Below the pieces are notes generated by a model. It saw only the letters and a program-made list of their open reading frames with translations. It was not told the DNA's origin and ran no database searches. From a virus (Duplodnaviria > Caudoviricetes), in the IMG/VR virus record IMGVR_UViG_3300035102_000153, positions 1 to 34,478 of that record: a DNA stretch of 34,478 nt; one strand, given 5' to 3'. This document shows, piece after piece, positions 8,308-16,794 of the stretch (positions are counted from its first letter, which is position 1; the number at the start of each line of letters is the position of its first letter). Made by a program: the position numbers and the translations under genes.

Positions 8308-8642
8308 AAAGCTACAATAAGTACAACAACAGAAAAGTAGAATATGATGGCTATAAGTTTGATAGCAAAAAAGAAGCTGACTTTTATAAGAAGTTGAAAG
8401 CGTTACAAAAGGCAGGTAAAATAAAAAAAATAGAAGTGCATCCGAAGTTTGAATTGCAACCAAGTTTTAAAAAGAATGGAAAGACATATAGGGCAATAAA
8501 TTATTATGGTGACTTTCTTGTAACTTATAACGATGGCAGTATAAGACTATATGACACAAAAGGTAAAAGAACAGAAGTATACAAAATTAAAAAGAAGCTG
8601 TTTGAATACAAATATAAAGATCTAACAATAGAAGAGGTTTAA
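8304..8642 (+). CDS. DUF1064-like PD-(D/E)XK nuclease-family protein
   Basis: NKYNNRKVEYDGYKFDSKKEA...HPKFELQP...YYGDF...DTKG..TEVYKIKKKLF. Confidence 0.85.
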   Translation: MKSYNKYNNRKVEYDGYKFDSKKEADFYKKLKALQKAGKIKKIEVHPKFELQPSFKKNGKTYRAINYYGDFLVTYNDGSIRLYDTKGKRTEVYKIKKKLFEYKYKDLTIEEV

Positions 8643-8660
8643 CAGCCTCTTCTATTTTTT
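8627..8660 (+). terminator. Rho-independent terminator
   Basis: AATAGAAGAGG / CCTCTTCTATT stem followed by a T run. Confidence 0.8.
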
Positions 8661-8662
8661 AT

Positions 8663-8692
8663 TTGCTTTTTATTGTATATATGTGGTATAAT
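8663..8692 (+). promoter_or_regulatory. Putative promoter of the packaging/structural operon
   Basis: TTGCTT-18 bp-TATAAT with an extended TGn motif, upstream of terS. Confidence 0.6.
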
Positions 8693-8797
8693 TGTATATG
8701 AAATATGCAATTGTATAATTTGCATAATTTTGCATCAGAACTTTTCTAACGTTTAGCAACAAAAATATAATGTATTTGTAAACAAGGGGGTATAAAT

Positions 8798-9199
8798 ATG
8801 GCAAGACCAAAATTAAATAAAGAAAAGCATGATCTTGCCGTCAAGCTTGTTGAACAAGGAATAAAAAAAGAATATATATATGGTGCTTTAGGAATTACGA
8901 AAACAACGTATTGGGAATGGCTGAAAAAAGGTAAACAGGCTAAAAGTGGAAAATATAAAGAATTCTATGACGACATAAACAAAGCTGAAAGCAGGGCTAT
9001 ACAGAAGCTTCAAAGGGGTATGTTGGAAACTGGAAAAGATGACTGGCATATGTACAAAGAAGCTTTAGCAATGTTCTGGCGTGATGAATTTGGTGAAAAG
9101 AAGTCCATTGAAGTCGAAGGTGAAAACGGTATAAAAATAGTGATTGAGGAAGTCGATGCAAGTGTCAGAAGCGACCGAACTGAAGGTACAAGCGAATAA
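8798..9199 (+). CDS. terS: Terminase small subunit (putative)
   Basis: MARPKL start, HTH-like segment, position immediately before and overlapping terL. Confidence 0.75.
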   Translation: MARPKLNKEKHDLAVKLVEQGIKKEYIYGALGITKTTYWEWLKKGKQAKSGKYKEFYDDINKAESRAIQKLQRGMLETGKDDWHMYKEALAMFWRDEFGEKKSIEVEGENGIKIVIEEVDASVRSDRTEGTSE

Positions 9200-10349
9200 A
9201 AAAATATATGAATTTCTAAAAAGCACAAATTATAAGATCTACGTAATATATGGTGGTGCTGGCAGTGGGAAGTCGTACACGGTTACACAATTTCTTATTG
9301 CCAGAAGATTATTAAGGTACAAAAACAAACGTCTTTTGGTTACTAGAAAATATAATCCGTCTTTGAAACAAACGGCATATAGCTTGATGTTAGAATGGCT
9401 TCAAAAATTCAAAGTTAAATATGAAGAAAAGAAATCAGAACAACTTATAAATTTACCAAATGGTAGTGAAATTCTTTTTCGTGGAATGGACGACGCTGAA
9501 AAAATTAAGTCAAGTGAATTCAACTATATTTGGATGGAAGAAGCTACAGAATTTACTATGCAGGACTTTTTGCAATTAAGACTACGACTTAGACGTGCTA
9601 ATGCTGGGCAACGTAACCAAATGTTTTTGACGTTCAACCCAGTGTCTTCTTGGGTGACCGACTATTTCTTGAAGCAAGAACAGGAAGACGTTGGAATTCT
9701 ACAGACTACCTACAAAGACAACATACGTTTTCTTGATGATGACTACGTCAAAGCTTTGGAAGGCTTAGCGAACCAAGATCTTAGTTTCTACCAAATTTAT
9801 GCACTTGGACAAGTTGCAGAATTAAAAAATAAAGTGTATAATAATTATGTAGTTGTAAAAGATCTGCCTTCAAGCTATGATGAAATTATTTATGGTGTTG
9901 ACTTTGGTTATAATAATCCGTCAGTTATTTTGGAAATTGGAATAAAAGATGGTAATATATATATAATAAAAGAATTGTACAAAACACATTTGACAAATTC
10001 AGAACTTATAGAAGAAATGAAAACATTTGTACATGCAAATTCAGATGTATATGCAGACAGTGCTGAACCACAGCGTATTAAAGAAATAGAAGAAGCAGGG
10101 TTCAATATATATGCGGCTAAAAAAGAAGTAAAGAATGGAATTGACTTTTTGAAGCGAAAGAAAATATACATTCACGAAAATTGTACAAATACCATAGAAG
10201 AAATAAAAAACTACAAATACAAAGAAGACAGACAAGGGAACGTACTTGAAGAACCGGTAAAATTCAAAGACCACGCTATGGATGCAATGCGTTATGCTGT
10301 ATATACACATGAAACGAAATATGGTGAACCAACGATCAGGTTTATATAG
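9156..10349 (+). CDS. terL: Terminase large subunit, PBSX family
   Basis: GGAGSGKS Walker A, WMEEATE Walker B, TFNP, GVDFGY and DHAMDAMRYA nuclease motifs; GAGGA RBS before ATG 9156. Confidence 0.95.
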   Translation: MQVSEATELKVQANKKIYEFLKSTNYKIYVIYGGAGSGKSYTVTQFLIARRLLRYKNKRLLVTRKYNPSLKQTAYSLMLEWLQKFKVKYEEKKSEQLINLPNGSEILFRGMDDAEKIKSSEFNYIWMEEATEFTMQDFLQLRLRLRRANAGQRNQMFLTFNPVSSWVTDYFLKQEQEDVGILQTTYKDNIRFLDDDYVKALEGLANQDLSFYQIYALGQVAELKNKVYNNYVVVKDLPSSYDEIIYGVDFGYNNPSVILEIGIKDGNIYIIKELYKTHLTNSELIEEMKTFVHANSDVYADSAEPQRIKEIEEAGFNIYAAKKEVKNGIDFLKRKKIYIHENCTNTIEEIKNYKYKEDRQGNVLEEPVKFKDHAMDAMRYAVYTHETKYGEPTIRFI

Positions 10350-10360
10350 GGGGCAGTAGA

Positions 10361-12343
10361 ATGCTGAATATATTTCAGAAATTTTTACAAAGAATAAACC
10401 CTTTCAAACAATACAAAACACCACCGCCTGAATGGTCATGGCAAACGAATTATATGACCGAAGCACCTGCAATGACTACACAAGAACATTTGAACGTGTA
10501 CGGTAAAGTTTCAACCGTGTATTCGTGCGTGCGAATTATTGCACAGACGATCGCAGCAGTAAATTGGAAAATAAAAAAGAATGATCAAGAAATAAAAGAT
10601 CACCTTGCTTTAGAACTTTTCAAAAATCCTGTACCATTCTTAACCAGATGGGAACTATTCTACCTTACCGCACAACACTTGGAACTTACCGGTGAAGCTA
10701 TGTGGTTACTTCTTAAGAATAAGCAAAATAAGATCTTAGGTCTACTTCCGATCAACCCTACTATGTTACAATTAAACATAAACGAAATGAATATGCCTGA
10801 AGCATGGGAATTTCACGGCACACATGGGCGTGTTACTATTGACTTGGAAGACATTCTATTTTTCAAGTACCCGAACCCTGTGAATATATACAGGGGTATG
10901 TCGCCGTTGCAGGCTGCAGCTATGGAAGTAGATGCTACCTACTACGCAAGTCAGTGGAATAAGAACTTTTTCTATAATTCAGCTATGCCGTCGGCAGGGT
11001 TTACTTTTCAAGAAAAGCTTAGCGATCAAGCTTATTTGCGTTTGAAAAAACAAATAACTGAAAATTTTCAAGGCGTGAAGAACGCACACAAATTCATTAT
11101 TCTTGAAGGTGGTGCAGACGTAAAGAACTTGCAACTTTCACAGAAAGACATGGAATTTTTAGAATTGAAGAAATACAGTCGTGAAGAAATAGCATCGACG
11201 TTTGGTGTACCACTTACAAAATTAGGTTTGAACGAAAATTCAAATAAAGCAACGGCATACGTGAATGATCTAACGTTTGCAAAAAATACAATAACACCAC
11301 GTTTAAGAATGATCAAAGAAGTAATGAACAAATATTTTCTTAGTCAGTTTGAAGATGGACTAGAATTTGATTTTGAATCGGTTATACCTACTGATGAAGA
11401 ATTGGAAATTCAGAAAAATGTGCAGTATGTAAATGCTAATATTTTAACAGTGAACGAAGTTAGGGAAAAACTTGGCAAAAAACCAGTTAAATGGGGCGAT
11501 GCACCGCTACAGCCATTGTTGTTTAGTGCTGATGAACAAGGTAAACAAGTTATAACCAAGAAAGTCGATCACGAAGCATATTGGAAAGACTTGACGTCAA
11601 AGAAAAGTAAAGACGAAATATATTTTCAAGGTTGGGTTACCAACCGTTTCACAAAACAGGAAAGACAAACAATTGAAAATTTAAGAAACATAAAAAGCAT
11701 AAGCAAAGCTATTTCAAAGCAGGAAGCCGAAAAAATGGCTGATGAAATATTGAACTTCTTATTGTCAGATGAAGAACTAGAAGCATGGCAAGGCAAATAC
11801 GAAGACGTATTCACTAAGTTAAGTAAAGAAGAACTTGACGACTTTGTTAGCAGGTTTGGTATAGACGTAAATTTCACAGAAGCAGACGGGGCTGTGTTAT
11901 GGAAGCTAACCGAAAACAAACAACGTTTTGCAAAACAAATAAATACTACTACATATACACAATTAAAGAATAGTCTTATTGAAGGCTTTTTTAACGGCGA
12001 AGGCGAAAAAGAAATGGCTAAACGTGTAGAGGAAATAATGACCCTTTCAAAAAGACAACGATCAGCGACAATAGCCAGAACAGAAACCTTCGGTGTTGTG
12101 AACATGGTACACGATGAAGCGATGAAGCATGGAAACGTGCAGTACAAACAATGGTACACGGCACTTGACGAACGTGTTAGACCAGACCATATGGCAGCGC
12201 ATGGGCAAATTGTGAAGGTAACAGATGAATTTCGTGTTGGTGGTGATCTTTTGGAATACCCCGGCGATCCGAATGGTAGACCTGAAAACGTGATCAATTG
12301 TCGTTGTGTGTCGGTACCATACATAAGTGAGGTGAACGCATGA
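10361..12343 (+). CDS. HK97-family portal protein fused to a Mu gpF-like head morphogenesis domain
   Basis: Portal motifs VYSCVRIIA, GMSPL, EEIASTFGVP, LTVNEVREKLG; C-terminal IARTET, KQW...DERVRPDH, YPGDP...NCRC. Confidence 0.92.
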   Translation: MLNIFQKFLQRINPFKQYKTPPPEWSWQTNYMTEAPAMTTQEHLNVYGKVSTVYSCVRIIAQTIAAVNWKIKKNDQEIKDHLALELFKNPVPFLTRWELFYLTAQHLELTGEAMWLLLKNKQNKILGLLPINPTMLQLNINEMNMPEAWEFHGTHGRVTIDLEDILFFKYPNPVNIYRGMSPLQAAAMEVDATYYASQWNKNFFYNSAMPSAGFTFQEKLSDQAYLRLKKQITENFQGVKNAHKFIILEGGADVKNLQLSQKDMEFLELKKYSREEIASTFGVPLTKLGLNENSNKATAYVNDLTFAKNTITPRLRMIKEVMNKYFLSQFEDGLEFDFESVIPTDEELEIQKNVQYVNANILTVNEVREKLGKKPVKWGDAPLQPLLFSADEQGKQVITKKVDHEAYWKDLTSKKSKDEIYFQGWVTNRFTKQERQTIENLRNIKSISKAISKQEAEKMADEILNFLLSDEELEAWQGKYEDVFTKLSKEELDDFVSRFGIDVNFTEADGAVLWKLTENKQRFAKQINTTTYTQLKNSLIEGFFNGEGEKEMAKRVEEIMTLSKRQRSATIARTETFGVVNMVHDEAMKHGNVQYKQWYTALDERVRPDHMAAHGQIVKVTDEFRVGGDLLEYPGDPNGRPENVINCRCVSVPYISEVNA

Positions 12344-14457
12344 AAAACATAATTCAAAAACAGATTGTAGAACTAAAAGCAATAGACGAAGAAAAACGCA
12401 CCATAACAGCAGTTGCAAGCACAGAAACGCCTGACCGTTTTGGCGATGTAGTGAAGTCAAGTGGTTGGCAACTTGACAATTTCAAAAAGAACCCCACCAT
12501 CGTTTGGGGGCATGACTACAAGCAGCTTCCAATAGCCAAGGCAACGGACATCGCAGTACGGAATGATCAGCTAATATTTACCGCAGAATTCCCGGAAGAA
12601 GGGCTTAACCCCCAAGCAGACACTATTTTCAAGTATTTCAAAAACGGTTTTCTTAAGGCTTTCAGCGTAGGCTTTATACCACTGGAATTTGAACGCAATG
12701 AATATGGTGGAACTACATTCTTGAAACAGGAACTACTTGAAATTTCAGCCGTTGTAGTACCTGCCAACCAAGAAGCTTTAGCAATGGCAGTTAAAGCTGT
12801 TGTACCATACCAAGATCTACCACTTGCAGACATGGAACGTGAATGGGATGCAAACGCTGCTGTGAAGCGTGTACGTGACTGGGCTACAACGAATGATGAA
12901 GTAGACTTTGCAAAGTACAGAAGGGCGTTTTTGTGGTATGACAGTGAAAACCCGGAATTGTTGGGATCATACAAACTACCTATTGCCGACGTGATCGATG
13001 GAAGTCTGAAAGCTGTACCACGTGCAATATTTGCAGCTGCTGCAGCTATACAAGGTGCAAGGGGTGGTGTTGACATACCAGACGCAGACAAAGAAAAAAT
13101 AAGAAACGTGCTTTCAAAGTACTACAAAAAGATGGATCGTACACCACCATGGGAAGAAGAAGGCATAAACGAAAATACAACAAATAAAAAAGAAGGGGTG
13201 AATAATATGGAACAAGAAAACAAGAAAGAAACAGAACAACTGGACATAAAGCAAATAATTGAAGAAACATTGAAAGCATATGAACAAAAGAAAGAAGCTG
13301 AAAAGAAAGAAACAAAACAAGAAGAAAACAAAGAAGTTAAGAAAGAAGAAACTAAAGAAGAAAAAAAGGAAGATGAAAGTAAAGAAATGAAAGAAGAAAT
13401 AAAAGAATTTCAAAAAGCTTTTTACACAACGAATGTAAATGGCAAACCACAGAAAAGCGAACTTGATGAAAAAGCAAAGAAAGAAATAAATACATTCATA
13501 AGGGCTATTGTTAACAAAGACAATTCTGTTTTGAAAGATCTTACTGGCGGTGTCGATGCTTCAGGTGGTTACCTTGTACCTGAAACGTTGCAAAGACAAG
13601 TTCTTGACCTTGTTGTAGAAAAATACGGTGTTGTAAGACCAAGGGCATACGTTATACCAAATTTGGGGTCAAAGGTAACCAAATGGACAACGCTAACCGG
13701 AAAACCAAAGCTAACATGGATTGAAGAATACGTTGATGCTTCTAACGAAGCAGCTGCAAAAATACCAGCTGGTCAACCTGACTTTGGTAGACTTACATTA
13801 ACCGTGCATGACGCTGGTTTAATTGTACCTGTTACCAACGATGTATTGTACGACGCAAACATTGATCTTAGTGGACTTATTTCTGGACTTTTTGCTGAAG
13901 CACAAGCGTACGAAGAAGACTTTCAAGCTATACAGGGTACAGGTGCACCATTTACCGGTGTTTTCAACGATGCAAATGTAAACGTGAAAGCGTTAGACGT
14001 TGACAAGCTTGTACACGACATAACTGCTGATGACTTGATTGACTTGATGGCTATGGTACCCGCACGTTATGCGAATGGTGCTATATTCGTTGCAAGCAGA
14101 ACAGTTGCAGCCGTGCTAAAACAAATAAAAGATGCAAGCGGGCGTTATGTCTTTGATCCTGCACAAAACACAATATTTGGCGTACCAATTGTTGAAAGTG
14201 ACGTAATGCCTGATGTAACTGAAGTTGACACTGTTGACACTGATGCTGGCAAACCAATATTGCTTTTCGGAAACCTTGGCGAAATTATGATCGGTGACTA
14301 CCAAAGAATGTCTGTCGCACTTGCTGATCAAGCTTCAGTTGGTGGAAGAAGCTTATTTGAATTCAACGAAAGTGCCTTCAGGGTTATAATCAGACTTGCT
14401 ATGGCTATTAGACAACCAAAAGCCTTTGCAGTACTTAAAACTGGACCTGCTGTTTAG
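12340..14457 (+). CDS. Prohead protease - uncharacterised domain - scaffold - HK97 major capsid protein fusion
   Basis: Protease WGHD, FSVGF, LLEISAVVVPAN; E/K-rich linker; capsid motifs GGYLVPE and IFGVPIVES. Confidence 0.92.
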   Translation: MKNIIQKQIVELKAIDEEKRTITAVASTETPDRFGDVVKSSGWQLDNFKKNPTIVWGHDYKQLPIAKATDIAVRNDQLIFTAEFPEEGLNPQADTIFKYFKNGFLKAFSVGFIPLEFERNEYGGTTFLKQELLEISAVVVPANQEALAMAVKAVVPYQDLPLADMEREWDANAAVKRVRDWATTNDEVDFAKYRRAFLWYDSENPELLGSYKLPIADVIDGSLKAVPRAIFAAAAAIQGARGGVDIPDADKEKIRNVLSKYYKKMDRTPPWEEEGINENTTNKKEGVNNMEQENKKETEQLDIKQIIEETLKAYEQKKEAEKKETKQEENKEVKKEETKEEKKEDESKEMKEEIKEFQKAFYTTNVNGKPQKSELDEKAKKEINTFIRAIVNKDNSVLKDLTGGVDASGGYLVPETLQRQVLDLVVEKYGVVRPRAYVIPNLGSKVTKWTTLTGKPKLTWIEEYVDASNEAAAKIPAGQPDFGRLTLTVHDAGLIVPVTNDVLYDANIDLSGLISGLFAEAQAYEEDFQAIQGTGAPFTGVFNDANVNVKALDVDKLVHDITADDLIDLMAMVPARYANGAIFVASRTVAAVLKQIKDASGRYVFDPAQNTIFGVPIVESDVMPDVTEVDTVDTDAGKPILLFGNLGEIMIGDYQRMSVALADQASVGGRSLFEFNESAFRVIIRLAMAIRQPKAFAVLKTGPAV

Positions 14458-14479
14458 TTAAAATAACGGGGGTGTTACC

Positions 14480-14968
14480 ATGATCGTAACACTGGAAGAA
14501 GTTAAACAATTTCTAAAAATAACAGACACATCACAAGACGCATATTTGACAAAGCTTCAAGAAGGCGCTGAAGCATACATAAAAGAATATTGTGGAAGGC
14601 AATTTGAAAACGGGACACATGAAGCATTGATCTGGGTAGAAAATGAATTCGGTTTTCTACCCGATCCCCCCGTTACTGACGTCACGTCTGTTATAAACGA
14701 AAGTGGCGTTGAACTAACATCGTACACATTTACACCATACGGTACTATTAAAATTGATGGTGTTAACCACGAATTGCTAAGCGTGACTTATACAGGTGGA
14801 AGTGTACCAAGCGACATTAAGTTAGCTGTTTTAAGATTGATCGAATATTTATACCAGAAAGCTGAAGCAATACATAGTCAGAACTTTGAAGGTGTGAACG
14901 TAACGTTTTCGGAAATACCGAACTTTGTGCGTGAAATATTAGACAAGCACAAAGTTAAAAGGTTGTGA
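14480..14968 (+). CDS. Head-tail connector (gp6-like)
   Basis: IVTLEEVKQFLKI...AEAYIKEYCGRQF...YTGG..P.DIKLAVL. Confidence 0.85.
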   Translation: MIVTLEEVKQFLKITDTSQDAYLTKLQEGAEAYIKEYCGRQFENGTHEALIWVENEFGFLPDPPVTDVTSVINESGVELTSYTFTPYGTIKIDGVNHELLSVTYTGGSVPSDIKLAVLRLIEYLYQKAEAIHSQNFEGVNVTFSEIPNFVREILDKHKVKRL

Positions 14969-14972
14969 TGCT

Positions 14973-15308
14973 ATGTTTGACAACAAGGTCGTTCTTGAAT
15001 ACCAGTTTAGACTATTGCCAAAAACACAAATAACGGTGAAAGTACCAAACGGCTATACGTTTGATCCGGTGACACAAGTACAAGTACCAAACTATGTTGA
15101 AACGAATATAGAAGCTTATGTCGGTTGGTTTGACAGTCGGACTATAAACAATTTAAACAACAGGCTTAACGTTGACAGTCGTAAAGTGCTTTTAAAACCG
15201 TTACCGTTGTCATCGGATTCAATAATAGTCATTGATGGCAAAGAATATACAATAACGTACATGCAGGTATATGAAGAAGTCATTGTTTTAGGTGTGAATG
15301 AAAAGTGA
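14973..15308 (+). CDS. Head closure / stopper protein (putative)
   Basis: Synteny; IVIDGKEYTI motif. Confidence 0.6.
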   Translation: MFDNKVVLEYQFRLLPKTQITVKVPNGYTFDPVTQVQVPNYVETNIEAYVGWFDSRTINNLNNRLNVDSRKVLLKPLPLSSDSIIVIDGKEYTITYMQVYEEVIVLGVNEK

Positions 15309-15805
15309 AAGCTAACGACGTAGAAATACAACATAATGTAGATGAACTAAACAAAGCTTTAAAGCGTATAGCAAAGTTACACCCTAATTTAGCAAAAAGC
15401 ATAATAAACAGAATAGCTTGGGGTGTATACGGCGATCTTGTAGAAAAAACACCAATCGACACAGGCACGGCACGACATCACTGGAAAATACAGGCTTTAG
15501 CAGACGGGCTTACTTATGAAATTTCAAACAATGTTGGTTACATTCTTTACCTTGAATACGGTGTTAAAGGTCACCCACTTAGCACAGACTTAGAAAAGCG
15601 TATGAATTCGTTGAAATATATGTTTGCAACTGGTATTCTTGTAAGTGACGGCATGGGCGGTGTAATATATACATATACACCAAAAGAACAGCATCCGGGC
15701 TTTATTCGTGAAACACTGCGTGAATGGCAAACGAAAGGGTTAACAGTCATTAAGAATGAAATAACACAATTTCTTTTGAAGGAAACAAGGGGACTTAGAA
15801 AATGA
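15305..15805 (+). CDS. HK97 gp10-like neck / tail-completion protein
   Basis: TPIDTG..R..W, Y..YLEYG and PGF motifs; GTG start. Confidence 0.8.
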   Translation: MKANDVEIQHNVDELNKALKRIAKLHPNLAKSIINRIAWGVYGDLVEKTPIDTGTARHHWKIQALADGLTYEISNNVGYILYLEYGVKGHPLSTDLEKRMNSLKYMFATGILVSDGMGGVIYTYTPKEQHPGFIRETLREWQTKGLTVIKNEITQFLLKETRGLRK

Positions 15806-16209
15806 CAAAAAACCTGTATTTAAATATTCTATATTCAATACGTTATTTTCTACATGAAATACCTGACTTAAATGTACCGTGGTATTTTACACAAAACATA
15901 CCATTCACAGACGACAGCTTTATTGAAGCCGCCGGGGCAATGATGGACTTTTCACAAGAAATAAACGAATGGAATAGCTTTGCAAACATAAATGTATACA
16001 GCAAAACGCAAGCGAATGAAATAACGGCTGCTATTGTTGATGGGCTTAAAAACATGTATATAACCGTCTATGACTTTGTAAACAGCCAACCAACAGTAAT
16101 AATTGAACATATTGAAATAGAAAGAATTGTAACGACTGCACTTGGACAGTTAGACAGCGGGCATGCTGTTAACAATGTAACTATTTACTACAAGATAATA
16201 AAGAGGTGA
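15802..16209 (+). CDS. Tail terminator (putative)
   Basis: Synteny between the gp10-like gene and the tail tube; INVYSK pattern. Confidence 0.55.
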   Translation: MTKNLYLNILYSIRYFLHEIPDLNVPWYFTQNIPFTDDSFIEAAGAMMDFSQEINEWNSFANINVYSKTQANEITAAIVDGLKNMYITVYDFVNSQPTVIIEHIEIERIVTTALGQLDSGHAVNNVTIYYKIIKR

Positions 16210-16216
16210 ATTTAAA

Positions 16217-16780
16217 ATGGCAAAAGGTTACCCATTACGAAAAACATCAGTACAGTTTTATGATGGTACCACTGGTACCGACACGGCACCTTTACCAGCA
16301 CAAACCTTGGATATAGTTGGATACGCGTCAATACCTGAAATTGGAGACGTGAAGGCTAGAACAAATATAGAACCAAGGCTTGATCGTGGTATGATCAGCC
16401 ATATAGACTACGCTGATGACACGTTGGAACAACCAGAAGTTTCTATGACTGTGGACTTAGTAGACACGTATTTGTCAACATCAAACGACAAAATTTCAGA
16501 ATGGTTTGACGAACATTCACAAGATGGAACACCACTTGTTTCAACGAATGATGGCAACGCACAAGCAAGGGCAGACGATGGAACTTTGAAAAACATCGGC
16601 ATTCCAACAGACATTTTTACCTGTGGAATGAAGCTGACTTTTAACGACATAACAGGTGCTGGAACCATTACACGTGACTACAAATATGTACAACCTGTCA
16701 GCGTAACTATTTCATCAGAAACAACGGGAACGAAAATAAATTTCACCGTAAAGTTATTAGGTACTTATACGACTGCTTAA
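16217..16780 (+). CDS. Major tail tube protein (putative)
   Basis: Position, size and T/D/G-rich beta composition; GAGGTG RBS. Confidence 0.6.
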   Translation: MAKGYPLRKTSVQFYDGTTGTDTAPLPAQTLDIVGYASIPEIGDVKARTNIEPRLDRGMISHIDYADDTLEQPEVSMTVDLVDTYLSTSNDKISEWFDEHSQDGTPLVSTNDGNAQARADDGTLKNIGIPTDIFTCGMKLTFNDITGAGTITRDYKYVQPVSVTISSETTGTKINFTVKLLGTYTTA

Positions 16781-16794
16781 AAGGGGCTTTCTAA

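Noticed and set aside
11626-13413. Long minus-strand ORFs (such as 11626-12357 and 12567-13091, and likewise 32588-33187)
   Set aside because: Antisense shadows of well-supported + strand genes, with no recognisable motifs
13207-13420. GAA/AAA low-complexity tract as a DNA repeat
   Set aside because: It encodes the E/K-rich scaffold segment of the capsid protein
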